Source: a virus
Lineage: Duplodnaviria; Heunggongvirae; Uroviricota; Caudoviricetes
Virus record (IMG/VR): IMGVR_UViG_2737471863_000001
Strand: one strand, 5' to 3'
DNA: 33,695 bases
Positions 8,906-18,399 of this stretch are shown in pieces (the stretch's first letter is position 1; every line of letters starts with the position of its first letter). Position numbers and translations under genes: made by a program. The notes under the pieces were generated by a model, which made no database searches, was not told where the DNA came from, and saw nothing but the letters and a program-made list of their open reading frames with translations.

Positions 8906-9966
8906 GTGGCCACCGCCTTTGTTTTCTTCGTCTTCGCTTTCATTTCCGGCATGTCCAGTGATTCTGGCGGAACCAGCGCCAGAACCGTCATCCGTCCCTG
9001 TGCGCCATCCGTCCAGGTCACCCCGGATATCAGCCAGGTGGTTTTCAGGTTCTGAATGCTGTCGTCGATATCGACAAGGCGGTTGGTCTGCCACAACGGG
9101 CCGCTGTCGCCCTGTTCGCGCCAGCCTGCCACCGTGATTTCCGTCGTGCGGGATTCCCCCAGCATCCGGGCTTTGTACCATTCCCCGCGAATGCTGGCCC
9201 CGCCCACGGTCAGGCTGTCTTCATTGACCAGAATGCGCGGGCGGTAACGGTTAATTTCCGGGTCTTCGGTGATGTACTGGCGACCGCCCACCATCGAGGC
9301 AGGCTGGCTGTCCCACAGTTTGCCACCGGCACTGGTGGTACCCTTGATGATGTACTGGCTGTTACGCTCCCGCCAGCTGAAGCGCCCACGGGCTGCGAGG
9401 ATATTTTTCCCCAGCACCAGTGACACACCCGCGCGAATGGAAGAGGCGCGGGTGATAATCAGGTTACCCGCCCCGTCAGACGTCAGCAGAACGCCGCGCT
9501 GTTTTGCCAGCCGGTCGAGCAGTTCAAAACCCGTTTCACCCTGTTCCAGAACGACGGACGCAAACGCCTCCCCGGTCGGGGTTTCCGTGATGACGGTTAT
9601 CCCGAACGGGCGGCAGACATCAGCCGCCACCTGTTCAAGCCGCACACCTTTCCATTTCCCGGACGAATGCACCACAGAGCAGTCAACCAGGTCGCCGGTT
9701 TTGTCGCGCCCCATGACGCGAATCTCCACGTTATCTGCGTCATAGCTGGGGATAAAATCATCGATATACCCCGTCAGCACGGTATCCGCGCCCAGCCTGA
9801 CCGTGCAGGGTTGCCCCTCACGAATTACGCGCGGTGCCGCTGCCGACCAGCGGGTTGTCACACTGAGATCAAACTCACCGGCAATCGCCTTCAGGGAACG
9901 ACTGACGGACATTTCCGTCCAGCCTTCCCACAGCTTGCCGTTAACGGTAAGAACAACAGATTCCAT
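8896..9966 (-). CDS. baseplate hub / tail protein (Mu Q/gp44-like, P2 gpD-like)
   Basis: 356 aa, ATG 9966 overlapping the P stop codon by one base. Confidence 0.7.
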   Translation of the reverse strand: MESVVLTVNGKLWEGWTEMSVSRSLKAIAGEFDLSVTTRWSAAAPRVIREGQPCTVRLGADTVLTGYIDDFIPSYDADNVEIRVMGRDKTGDLVDCSVVHSSGKWKGVRLEQVAADVCRPFGITVITETPTGEAFASVVLEQGETGFELLDRLAKQRGVLLTSDGAGNLIITRASSIRAGVSLVLGKNILAARGRFSWRERNSQYIIKGTTSAGGKLWDSQPASMVGGRQYITEDPEINRYRPRILVNEDSLTVGGASIRGEWYKARMLGESRTTEITVAGWREQGDSGPLWQTNRLVDIDDSIQNLKTTWLISGVTWTDGAQGRMTVLALVPPESLDMPEMKAKTKKTKAVATWD

Positions 9967-11240
9967 CAGTCGGTAATCTCCACAGGCTGCGTTGGCAGTA
10001 TGAATGACGGATGGCGCAGGCGGTTACGCTGCACGATTTCATCCCGTCGGCTGGTGTCACCATGTTCGCGCCATGCCAGCAATGCGGCAGATGTGGTTGT
10101 GGTCAGCATTACCTGTCGGGTTTCCGGCAGACGGGCGGCACGCTCGCGGGCATCCGTAATCACGGCCTGCCGTAAATCGCGCAGCGTTCGCCACAATGCC
10201 CGCTGGTTATTTTCCACCGCTGCCACCGCCTGCTCATGCAGTTCAGCTGCCAGCGTGTCACCGGCAGATAACGCCGCATCACTGGTATCGAACGTCATCG
10301 AGGCCACGGCATTTGCCTGTCCCAGCAGGGTTTCCAGCACAACCACCTGGCGGAAGTCGTCAATGTTCTTCTGCAGGCTGTCAGATACCGGCTGATAACC
10401 CGGTGACAGCCCGATAGCAAAGCCGGGTTTGCCGTCTGCCACGCTGCCGGGCTTCACGGTGATATCTTCCGGCAGTGCGCCGGTGGCAACCTGTCGGGCG
10501 CGTTCTCCGGCCCACTGATTGCGTAATGTCGTGTAAACCGCCAGTGCTTCGGGTGGTTCCGTCACCAGATCAACCACGCCGTCGATGAACGAGGACAACT
10601 CACTGACCAGACGTCCCGGCGTGGCAATAATGGTTCCGGCCATCTCCTTAAAATGGTTCAGCCTGTCCATCCACTGATTCAGTGCTGCCGGTAGCGTGGG
10701 CAGGTTAGCCACAAGGTTTTCCATATCAGCCAGAAAGCTGTCGGCCATCTCACCCAGCCCGTCAAGTGCGCCGAACCAGTCGCCATCGTCGATGGCAGCT
10801 TTTACCGCATCAATGCCCGTCAGCACTTCCTGCTGCGTGTTATCCGCCGCAGACGGGAACAGGCGCTCGCCTGCCTCAAACACTTCAAAGGTGACATACG
10901 CAATGCCGTCTTCCTCCGTGCTGAGGCGATGGGTGACCTTGCCAACCTGTACGGTCTGTATCCCGAACCACGGGTGGATAAGCTCGCCGGGGCCGGGAGT
11001 ATTAAGCGCGTCTAAAAGGGCGTTTAAATCATCCTGGAAGTTTTTACCTGGCAGCTTTGCGTTAATCTGCTGTTGCCCCGGAACAGCCCCGTTATCATCC
11101 GTCCAGGCGGTTTCGCGCCGGGGATACGCGCGGGGAATCGCTCTGCGGCCACCGGTGCCTTCTGTATCCACCAGAAAGAAGGGAACGCCGCGAAACGAGG
11201 CATCGCGCAGCCCGTCCCATTTGCCTTTGCTCGTTGTCAT
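9966..11240 (-). CDS. tail/DNA circularisation protein (Mu P/gp43-like)
   Basis: 424 aa, ATG 11240 overlapping the tape-measure stop (TAATG). Confidence 0.7.
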   Translation of the reverse strand: MTTSKGKWDGLRDASFRGVPFFLVDTEGTGGRRAIPRAYPRRETAWTDDNGAVPGQQQINAKLPGKNFQDDLNALLDALNTPGPGELIHPWFGIQTVQVGKVTHRLSTEEDGIAYVTFEVFEAGERLFPSAADNTQQEVLTGIDAVKAAIDDGDWFGALDGLGEMADSFLADMENLVANLPTLPAALNQWMDRLNHFKEMAGTIIATPGRLVSELSSFIDGVVDLVTEPPEALAVYTTLRNQWAGERARQVATGALPEDITVKPGSVADGKPGFAIGLSPGYQPVSDSLQKNIDDFRQVVVLETLLGQANAVASMTFDTSDAALSAGDTLAAELHEQAVAAVENNQRALWRTLRDLRQAVITDARERAARLPETRQVMLTTTTSAALLAWREHGDTSRRDEIVQRNRLRHPSFILPTQPVEITD

Positions 11241-13033
11241 TACCCTTGCTCCACGCTGGTGACGCCAGCCTGCGCACTGAGTCTGACGCCGGGTTGATCC
11301 ACTCTGACACTTTTCACGCGGGCGTCACCTTCCACCACCACACGGATTTCCCCCTGCAACTGCTGCGGCACGAATGGCGCATTCTGCGTGGATTGCAGAA
11401 CATCCCACGGAGACGGTGCGGCGATGTTCTTTTTCTCCAGAGAGTTAAACCAGTTCTTGATATCCGTCCATACCGTCGGGCGGTTGTTGTTTTCCTGAAC
11501 CCGTGCGATTAGCGCATCAGCTTCCTCTTTGTTCTTTGGGAAAGCCGAGAGCACCATGTCAAGGAGATTAAATCCTGATGCCGTTTGTGGTGTAACCAGC
11601 GCTGGCGTCTTTGGCCCACGTGGGTTGCGGGAGTTGCGGGGATTGCGCGATGAATCCGGCGCATCCGGCAGACCGCCGGTATTACCATTCATCCCGCCAC
11701 TGCCCATATTAACCACATAAACCGGCATCACACCGGAGCCGAAAACATCTGTAATGCCACCGGGTATTCCTTTGCCTTTCCCTTTGGGATTCATGATGTC
11801 GTGGATGGTTTTACCGAACCTGTACGTCTTACGCACGGCGATAATGCCACCCAGCGCAATTGCCATATATTTACCGACCTGTAACCAGTTCTGGACGGTG
11901 TTCTGGTCAACGCTGTTGAGTGCATCGGCCAGTTCCTGAACGGGTTTTGCCAGTTGCCCTTCAGCAAAACGTTGCCATTCGTTATTCAGTGACTGCATCG
12001 CGGCATTAAAGCCTTCAGCATTGGTTTGTGCGGCCTTTTGCGTGGAACCCAGTTCAATCGTGCCGTAAATCATTTGTTCCATCAGTTGCCGGTTTTCAGG
12101 GTTAAGCAGCGCCTTAATCCCCTGCATTCCGGTCAGATCAAACACATCCTGAAGTTTCAGCGGGTCGTTTTTGGCCCGTTTAAGGATTTCCATCATCAGT
12201 TCATAAGGCTTTTTGATGTTTTTTGTCCCTTTGACAAAAACATCAATGCCGTTTTTTTTCAGAAACTCGATGTTCTTTTTGTCCGACAGGGAGGCATACA
12301 TGGCCTGAATACTGGTTACCGTCTCATCAATGCTGCCTTTATTTTTGGCGAACACCTGAGCAAATGCCCCCATCTGGGCAATGGCTTCCGGTCCCTGATC
12401 CTGAATGATGGAAAACAGTTTCGGGGCAACGCGGGCAACATCAGCAACACTCACAGACCCCACAGCGAACTGCGCATACAACCTGTCCATTATGTTACTG
12501 ACCGCATCAGATCCCCGGATGTTTTTTTCCCAGAACTGCGCCATCAGCCCGGCAGCAACCTGTCCGTCAACACCGAACGCCTGCATCATCAGCCCCATGT
12601 TGCGGAGGTTGTCCACCACATACTGATAATCACCGGTTTTTCCCAGAAGTTCGCTGGCCCCCTGACCAAGCGCAGAGGCATCAATACGAATATCTTTCTG
12701 GTTCGACACATCCCTGATTTTGTCGTGAAGCGTCTTTACCTGTTCAGTGGTTAACTGGGCATCCGTCCCCATCCGGCGCATCTGCGCATCAAAATCGGCA
12801 ACCTGTTTGATGGTAATGCTACTGCCAAGCCCGGCTATCATTGCCGTGTAGCGGTTACCCAGCACGTCAAGACTGCGCCCGGCGGCCTCCGTTGTGGCTT
12901 TGACCAGGCGCATGGCCTTCTGATGGTTCCGGGCGAACTGCGACATGTTTGCGCCGTACTGCCGGGCTTTGGCGGTCAGGTTCCCGGCAAGGTTGATCAT
13001 GATTTCCGTGCTGAGACGGTTACCTGTTGCCAT
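11240..13033 (-). CDS. tail tape measure protein (Mu N-like)
   Basis: 597 aa, Ala/Gln/Gly-rich and largely alpha-helical in composition; lies between chaperone and baseplate genes. Confidence 0.8.
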   Translation of the reverse strand: MATGNRLSTEIMINLAGNLTAKARQYGANMSQFARNHQKAMRLVKATTEAAGRSLDVLGNRYTAMIAGLGSSITIKQVADFDAQMRRMGTDAQLTTEQVKTLHDKIRDVSNQKDIRIDASALGQGASELLGKTGDYQYVVDNLRNMGLMMQAFGVDGQVAAGLMAQFWEKNIRGSDAVSNIMDRLYAQFAVGSVSVADVARVAPKLFSIIQDQGPEAIAQMGAFAQVFAKNKGSIDETVTSIQAMYASLSDKKNIEFLKKNGIDVFVKGTKNIKKPYELMMEILKRAKNDPLKLQDVFDLTGMQGIKALLNPENRQLMEQMIYGTIELGSTQKAAQTNAEGFNAAMQSLNNEWQRFAEGQLAKPVQELADALNSVDQNTVQNWLQVGKYMAIALGGIIAVRKTYRFGKTIHDIMNPKGKGKGIPGGITDVFGSGVMPVYVVNMGSGGMNGNTGGLPDAPDSSRNPRNSRNPRGPKTPALVTPQTASGFNLLDMVLSAFPKNKEEADALIARVQENNNRPTVWTDIKNWFNSLEKKNIAAPSPWDVLQSTQNAPFVPQQLQGEIRVVVEGDARVKSVRVDQPGVRLSAQAGVTSVEQG

Positions 13034-13229
13034 GCTGTTTCTCCAGTTGCTTTATCAGGCGGAACAGCTGCCGCAGGGGCAGCTGTTCCAGGTACTGAAT
13101 GCTGAACCGCTGAGACAGGTTAACCAGCAGGTTCATCAGTGCCGCCGCCAGCGGCATCAGTTCGCCCCCGCGTTGCCACCTCCTCAAGCATTTCATCCAG
13201 CGCAGCAGCTTTGGTGCTGATAAGCTCAA
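13020..13229 (-). CDS. overlapping extension ORF of the tail assembly chaperone, reachable by a -2 (equivalently +1) ribosomal frameshift
   Basis: ORF in codon phase 2 overlaps the 3' end of the chaperone (phase 0) and ends 13 nt inside the tape-measure gene; G-run CGGGGGCGA at 13162-13170 allows tRNA-Gly to re-pair GGG to GGG two bases back. Confidence 0.45.
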   Translation of the reverse strand: MSLSAPKLLRWMKCLRRWQRGGELMPLAAALMNLLVNLSQRFSIQYLEQLPLRQLFRLIKQLEKQHGNR

Positions 13230-13515
13230 GGTCTGCCGGGTGGAGCATTCGCAGCTGTTTCATGTCCAGCGGACCGGGGATATTGCCGATGGCCGCAACC
13301 TGACGGCGCATCATCTCCAGCCCCATCAGCACTTCAGAGCAGTAGGCCACCGCCTTTCCGTTCCCGCCCATGACGACGCGTTCTGCGGCCAGTTGTGCAT
13401 CAATCACATCACTGGCGGTCAGTTCGCGCAGCTTCACGGTTTTATGCAGGGTTTCATCTGCCGTGCCTTTGCCGGTCAGAAGCCCGTGTTTCAGTTCAAA
13501 TTCCATTTCAGCCAT
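13120..13515 (-). CDS. tail assembly chaperone (short product)
   Basis: 131 aa, ATG 13515; sits between tube and tape measure genes, the conserved chaperone position. Confidence 0.6.
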   Translation of the reverse strand: MAEMEFELKHGLLTGKGTADETLHKTVKLRELTASDVIDAQLAAERVVMGGNGKAVAYCSEVLMGLEMMRRQVAAIGNIPGPLDMKQLRMLHPADLELISTKAAALDEMLEEVATRGRTDAAGGGTDEPAG

Positions 13516-13516
13516 G

Positions 13517-13873
13517 TCACACCTTCACGCATTTTTCACCGATAAAGTTCGCACTGATGGTGCCGGAATCCTCGTCCAGCTCCGCCGGGTTATCCGTGGC
13601 GGACCCCGTCATCATGTAGTTCAGGCCGTTGTCGCCGTAGAACATCACCGTGACGTCTTCCCAGCTGCTGATTTCAATCACGTCCATATCCGCTGCCGCT
13701 GCGATGGTCACCTTGATGGACGGCGAGGCCATCTTGCTGGAGATACCCCAGACCTTGCCGCCGCCCATATGCTGGGTGCGACTGAAGCCGCCCGGATTCA
13801 GCGTGGATTTCCCCTCGGTTTTAATTTCGCGGCCATTCACGCGAATGGTCGCCATGCCAAGAATTTTTGCCAT
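13517..13873 (-). CDS. tail tube protein (Mu M-like)
   Basis: 118 aa, ATG 13873 with AAGGGGG SD; directly follows the sheath gene. Confidence 0.75.
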   Translation of the reverse strand: MAKILGMATIRVNGREIKTEGKSTLNPGGFSRTQHMGGGKVWGISSKMASPSIKVTIAAAADMDVIEISSWEDVTVMFYGDNGLNYMMTGSATDNPAELDEDSGTISANFIGEKCVKV

Positions 13874-13882
13874 GCGGCCCCC

Positions 13883-15358
13883 TTAAAGTTTGAACTGAAT
13901 CAGGCCTGCCAGCACACGCAGCTGGTTCACCAGATTCGGGTGGCAGATAAAGTTCAGGCGGTTTTTATCACTGCTGTCGCGTGTCACCTGAAGCGTGTCC
14001 TTGTAATCGCTGAAGTTCTCCACAAGGCCCGCAGGAATAAGTTCGGTCTGGCAGATATCCAGCAGCTCTGCGGTGCACAGCTTCGGCGTCATCACCGGTT
14101 GCCCCGCATCCAGTGAGTCCAGCACGTCATCATCTGCCAGCTTGTGGCGCGGATAACGGTTCGTGAAACGGTTTTTGATGATGTAACGGATACGGCCCAG
14201 CGTGGCGGGGGACTGCACATCCAGGTACGACACATCCGCATCACCGTACTGGTTAACCCGGTACATGGTGATTTCACGCTCGATGCAGACGTTATCCCCG
14301 GCGTCCACCATGTGCGTGGCAATGCCGTCATGCAGCAGCAGGTTACGTTCCGGCATATCCCAGCGAACATTACGCGCAGGCGGCAGAATGCCGGTCAGGA
14401 CCAGCGTCTGAAGCGGACGCGCCGGGTCAATGGCAAGGTGATACGCTGCCGTTGCGCCGTATGACGCGGCCCACATCCACGCCGGGTGCGGTGACAGGTT
14501 GGTGCCGATACAGCTAATCAGCCAGTCATTGCGGGTTTCACCAAACGTGCCTGTCTCGCCGTGTGTGCCACGAAACGCCGTCCACAGCTGCGCCTCCATC
14601 ATTTTGAGCGGCCCCCAGCGGTTCAGCAGTTCATCACGCAGGGTGTTCAGGCTTTTCGTGTCGGTGAACGGGGCGATGATATCGGTAAACCACTCCGGGC
14701 CGATGGCCGCAACGGCCTCTGCCATTTCCGGTGTCCCGGTGCCGCCGGTAAACGCAGTTGCGGTCACCTTCACACCTGCCGGGAAGGCTTCACCGGTGTA
14801 GTAGTTCAGGCGAACGTCGGCACCGTTGCCGGTGACGCCGTGCCAGTTCACGGTCAGCTCCACGGTATCCGTGGCATCATCCTTCACCGCAGCGGCCACC
14901 TGCGTGGCAGGCTTTTTCGTCACCGCATCAGCAATGGCTTTTGCAATGTTTTCCTTCGTAGCCCCGGCGCTCACGCTCACCTGAACGGACACACCGTTAA
15001 TCAGCAGTGCCACCGTTCCGGCTTCAGTCGCTGTCCCCAGCACGGTCAGCGTGGCTTTTGCGGCCGCGCCTTCAGGCGCGGCAACCGGCATTGCCCAGGT
15101 TTCCGTATACGTGTTGGCACGACGCAGCATTTTGAGCATTTCAGCCAGCATCGACCCTTTGCCATAAAGCTGGTCTGCCTGGCTGTCACTGGTGATGCGG
15201 GTCAGTGACAGGGCGTCTGCGCTGCCGGACGATACCGCATGGCCCATGACCAGAATTTTTCGGCTTTGCGCGGATGCACCATCCAGCGCCTGTGAATTGT
15301 CGATATCGATCCAGACAAGCGGGACGCGGATATCATCAGGAATTGAACCCAGCGACAT
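13883..15358 (-). CDS. contractile tail sheath protein (Mu L-like)
   Basis: 491 aa, ATG 15358; size, composition and position typical of myovirus sheath. Confidence 0.85.
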   Translation of the reverse strand: MSLGSIPDDIRVPLVWIDIDNSQALDGASAQSRKILVMGHAVSSGSADALSLTRITSDSQADQLYGKGSMLAEMLKMLRRANTYTETWAMPVAAPEGAAAKATLTVLGTATEAGTVALLINGVSVQVSVSAGATKENIAKAIADAVTKKPATQVAAAVKDDATDTVELTVNWHGVTGNGADVRLNYYTGEAFPAGVKVTATAFTGGTGTPEMAEAVAAIGPEWFTDIIAPFTDTKSLNTLRDELLNRWGPLKMMEAQLWTAFRGTHGETGTFGETRNDWLISCIGTNLSPHPAWMWAASYGATAAYHLAIDPARPLQTLVLTGILPPARNVRWDMPERNLLLHDGIATHMVDAGDNVCIEREITMYRVNQYGDADVSYLDVQSPATLGRIRYIIKNRFTNRYPRHKLADDDVLDSLDAGQPVMTPKLCTAELLDICQTELIPAGLVENFSDYKDTLQVTRDSSDKNRLNFICHPNLVNQLRVLAGLIQFKL

Positions 15359-15543
15359 TATTTTTTCCCTCTGGTTTTGTTGTTATTTTTCGGAATTGTG
15401 GTTATTTCCACATCTCCCTCGGCTTCACGGCGCAGCCAGTAAGCGCAGACGTCGAGACGTTCCCCTTCCGGGGATAAATGCGCGCCATCCGGTTTACGGA
15501 CACGAACGCTTTCCCGCGCTGGCTTAATCAGTTTCTGTTCCAT
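15358..15543 (-). CDS. small virion-associated protein (Mu gp38-like)
   Basis: Start taken at ATG 15543 with GGGGTGA SD; alternative ATG at 15558. Stop overlaps the sheath start (TAATG). Confidence 0.4.
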   Translation of the reverse strand: MEQKLIKPARESVRVRKPDGAHLSPEGERLDVCAYWLRREAEGDVEITTIPKNNNKTRGKK

Positions 15544-16135
15544 CGTCACCCCGTACATGGATCACGTCGTTAATCTCAGTGTGTTCGCCGCTGCGCAGCG
15601 TTGCCCCGAGGCGCAGGAAGTCCGGGAGCGCGGCGAGATCAATCTCTTCATCCAGCCGGAATTCCTGCTCCCACGTTACCGCCCACATGGTGACACCCAG
15701 CCCGTCGAGGCTGACGGAGTAAATGTTGTCTGCCCGTACATCAGCAGCCATGCGTTCAGCCCCCATGCCCGCTGTGGCATCCGACGACAGCAGACGTTTG
15801 ATCACCTTTCCGGCCAGTACTTCACAGCGCACGTCGCGGGAATACCCCCACGAATCCGTCGCCATGATGTAAGCCACCCAGGTAACCAGACCGGACAGCC
15901 CACCGCGCGGGTTGATATCCCGGACACGCAGGGCAGCTACCCGGATACAGCCGGTGCGACCGGACATATAGCGTTTGACTTCCTCCGGGCTGTTAAACTG
16001 GCCGATGTGACGCTCCACCACATCAGCCCGGTCTGGGGTGTCCCCCTGAAGGACCGTTTGCAGCCAGGCCACAATGCGCTCTGCGGCCGCAACGGTGCTC
16101 CCCGGTGTGCGCAGTTCAGGGCGTTGTTCTGTCAT
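15524..16135 (-). CDS. Mu gp37-like virion protein
   Basis: 203 aa, ATG 16135 overlapping the upstream stop (ATGA). Confidence 0.5.
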   Translation of the reverse strand: MTEQRPELRTPGSTVAAAERIVAWLQTVLQGDTPDRADVVERHIGQFNSPEEVKRYMSGRTGCIRVAALRVRDINPRGGLSGLVTWVAYIMATDSWGYSRDVRCEVLAGKVIKRLLSSDATAGMGAERMAADVRADNIYSVSLDGLGVTMWAVTWEQEFRLDEEIDLAALPDFLRLGATLRSGEHTEINDVIHVRGDDGTETD

Positions 16136-16674
16136 GGCAGAACCTCCTTCCAGAAATGACTGATAACCTGTTGCAGCTCCTGCTGGTTGGCAGAAGACAG
16201 CCCCAGAAATTCACGTTGTGGAATGTTCATCATGCGGTTATGTGCGCCGACGGTCTGCCAGACCGGATATTTCAGCGCCCGCCCGAAACACTGCGAGATA
16301 AGCCGTTTGTGGGCGCTGACCGGCACACTGCCCGAAAAGCCGTCATTCATGATGCGGGCATAATCCAGCGGTGAACCGATACGCACCACGCGGTTTTCCA
16401 CGATGTACTGGATACTCTCCAGCAGATGGCCTTCACCGCGCAGCAGACTCTGGTTGCCGTGGCGGGTCTTTTTGTACCCGTCAGACCAGTCCGGCCAGCG
16501 TTCGCCACCCGGACTGGTTTTCTCATCGATGATGCGGCGGCGGGTCTGTGATTCCACCACCGCACCGATGCTTTCCAGCAGCTCTGCCTGCAATGAACCA
16601 TCTGCCAGTTTTTCAACGGCGCGGCGGATATCCTCCAGCCGCTGGTCACCGCTGACCTGTACAGAAATCCCCAT
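16132..16674 (-). CDS. virion morphogenesis / tail completion protein (Mu G-like, gpS family)
   Basis: Start at ATG 16674 (track opens at GTG 16677); overlaps the upstream stop. Confidence 0.5.
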   Translation of the reverse strand: MGISVQVSGDQRLEDIRRAVEKLADGSLQAELLESIGAVVESQTRRRIIDEKTSPGGERWPDWSDGYKKTRHGNQSLLRGEGHLLESIQYIVENRVVRIGSPLDYARIMNDGFSGSVPVSAHKRLISQCFGRALKYPVWQTVGAHNRMMNIPQREFLGLSSANQQELQQVISHFWKEVLP

Positions 16675-17111
16675 CACAGCACCCCTTTCAGGTTGTTACG
16701 GGTGAACAGCCGGGCATTGGCACCCACCACAATGATTTTCCCGTGGTCGGTTTCTGCCGGGGTGGCATACGTCGGCAGGCCCAGGTCACGGGTGCCGTTC
16801 GCCATCTCACGCAGGGTTTTAATGGCGTCGTCGTAGCGTTTCTGGATCAGCTCCGTGATTTGATTGTCACGCTCTGACAACCAGTAAAAAGCCAGCGATA
16901 CCGCCACGCGTTGCAGCGGGCGAGGGATTTCTGTCACCCCCAGCGGCAGCTGGTAGCGGCGGGACAGAAACGAATCAATTTCCGCTTCGGCATCACTGAT
17001 GGCCTGACAGATTTTGTCTTCATCCAGCCCGTTGGTTTCCCGGTTAATCGCCATGTTCCAGACAAGATTGCCGTCCGCGCGTAACAGGTCTTCCTGCGTG
17101 ATGTACCCCAT
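16674..17111 (-). CDS. Mu gp36-like head-tail joining protein
   Basis: 145 aa, ATG 17111 overlapping the upstream stop. Confidence 0.5.
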   Translation of the reverse strand: MGYITQEDLLRADGNLVWNMAINRETNGLDEDKICQAISDAEAEIDSFLSRRYQLPLGVTEIPRPLQRVAVSLAFYWLSERDNQITELIQKRYDDAIKTLREMANGTRDLGLPTYATPAETDHGKIIVVGANARLFTRNNLKGVL

Positions 17112-17422
17112 CAGCCTTTCTCCGCTTCCCGGACAATCAGATTCGGTTCAGCCATCAGGCGGGTGGCAACCGCAGCGGTCACCGCCACATCCTCACCGGC
17201 ATGTGACCAGAAACGACCACAGCGCCAGAACCCGTTTTCAGACACGGCCCTGACGTTCAGCCGGACAGTGGCGTCACCCTGTACAGTAACCGGGTCTTCA
17301 GCCGGACGTGGTTCATTCGCCTGACCGTCAGCCACAATAACGTCTGCCAGCGGTGCCGGGTTTTCCTGTGCTGCGCTGTTCTTTGCGGCTTTCGCGCCTT
17401 TGGTTCCTGCTTTTTCACTCAT
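17111..17422 (-). CDS. hypothetical protein between major capsid and gp36-like genes
   Basis: 103 aa, ATG 17422; Ala/Lys-rich N-terminus; no family recognised. Confidence 0.4.
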   Translation of the reverse strand: MSEKAGTKGAKAAKNSAAQENPAPLADVIVADGQANEPRPAEDPVTVQGDATVRLNVRAVSENGFWRCGRFWSHAGEDVAVTAAVATRLMAEPNLIVREAEKG

Positions 17423-17427
17423 GACTC

Positions 17428-17477
17428 TGCCTTTTAAAAGGCAGTTAAAAGGGCATTCACAGCACCTTTTAACTGCG
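17428..17477 (-). terminator. tandem hairpins immediately downstream of the major capsid gene (possible attenuator)
   Basis: Palindrome ctgccttttaaaaggcag (17428-17445) and 12-bp stem gcagttaaaagg / ccttttaactgc (17442-17453, 17466-17477) with 12-nt loop. Confidence 0.4.
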
Positions 17478-17493
17478 GTTTACGGATGACGGG

Positions 17494-18399
17494 TTATGCC
17501 GGGGTGGTGATGTACGGGCTGTCCACGATCTCCACATCCTTGTACCAGATGTTGGAATCGCCGCCGTTAACCAGCATGGCGTCAATAATGCGCTTCGCAG
17601 CCGCGCGGTTTTTCGGCCCCACCACAAGAGTGGTCGGGCGGATGCCCAGCGGCTCACCGTTGGTGCCCTTCATGCCCCGCAGCAACTCATTGGCTTTTTT
17701 GTAGTTCTCCACCGTCAGTGCTGCACGGGAACCGACGGCGGTCTGCCAGAAGCCGAAGCCCGCATTACAGCGACCGTCCACCCCGTACAGGAACTCGTGG
17801 TTCTTGAAGGTGTGCTCGCTGTTCAGATCGTCCAGGGCTTCAAATTTAAAGGCGCGTCGCGTCTGCCAGATGATGGGTTTCAGCACCTGCGACTCATCAA
17901 TCAGAAACCACGGTTCGCCCTGGTCCGTTCCTGGTGTACCGACAACGTTGCTGTAGGTGCCATCACCCAGCGGGTGGTCTTCATCAAAGAAGTTCTGGCC
18001 GTCAAAGCACAAAGTTTTGAATCCGGCACACAGCAGGGCGTAACACAGCTTGTCCGGGAACACGGCTGTCATACGTCCATAGCGTTCAGCAGTAATGCTG
18101 TACTGACCAATCTGGTCATCTTCAATGTGTTCGCGCTTAACGCGAATGGAACTTTCCCAGAGTTTGTTGGTGATGGTGTAACCATAACCGTCCAGCGTTG
18201 CCAGCTGACGCTCACCGACCCATTCTTTGATGTCCGGTAAATCTTTCATCCAGCCGTAGGTGTTGGAGGCTGACGAACTCGGCACCTCAGAAGCAATGCG
18301 ATTCCACTGCGGTTCGACACCACTCAGTCCACGGGTAAAGGCGGCGCTCAGGCAGGTGGTCAGTGCATGAAGGATTTCAGAACTGACAGTCTGTCCCAT
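17494..18399 (-). CDS. major capsid protein (Mu T-like)
   Basis: 301 aa, ATG 18399 overlapping the I stop (TAATG); position after protease/scaffold. Confidence 0.85.
   Translation of the reverse strand: MGQTVSSEILHALTTCLSAAFTRGLSGVEPQWNRIASEVPSSSASNTYGWMKDLPDIKEWVGERQLATLDGYGYTITNKLWESSIRVKREHIEDDQIGQYSITAERYGRMTAVFPDKLCYALLCAGFKTLCFDGQNFFDEDHPLGDGTYSNVVGTPGTDQGEPWFLIDESQVLKPIIWQTRRAFKFEALDDLNSEHTFKNHEFLYGVDGRCNAGFGFWQTAVGSRAALTVENYKKANELLRGMKGTNGEPLGIRPTTLVVGPKNRAAAKRIIDAMLVNGGDSNIWYKDVEIVDSPYITTPA

Noticed and set aside
8369-9181. 270-aa track ORF as a single gene
   Set aside because: Its 5' two-thirds lie inside the Q gene in another frame; only the part from ATG 8905 is consistent with a coupled baseplate V-like gene.
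9667-10395. 242-aa plus-strand ORF
   Set aside because: Lies antisense to the P and Q genes, which have coherent coupled starts; low-complexity Arg/Ser/Ala-rich translation typical of a shadow ORF.
13133-13138. Canonical -1 frameshift in the tail chaperone
   Set aside because: The -1 phase contains TGA TGA here, upstream of the zero-frame stop, so a -1 slip cannot give an extended product; only the -2/+1 phase is open.
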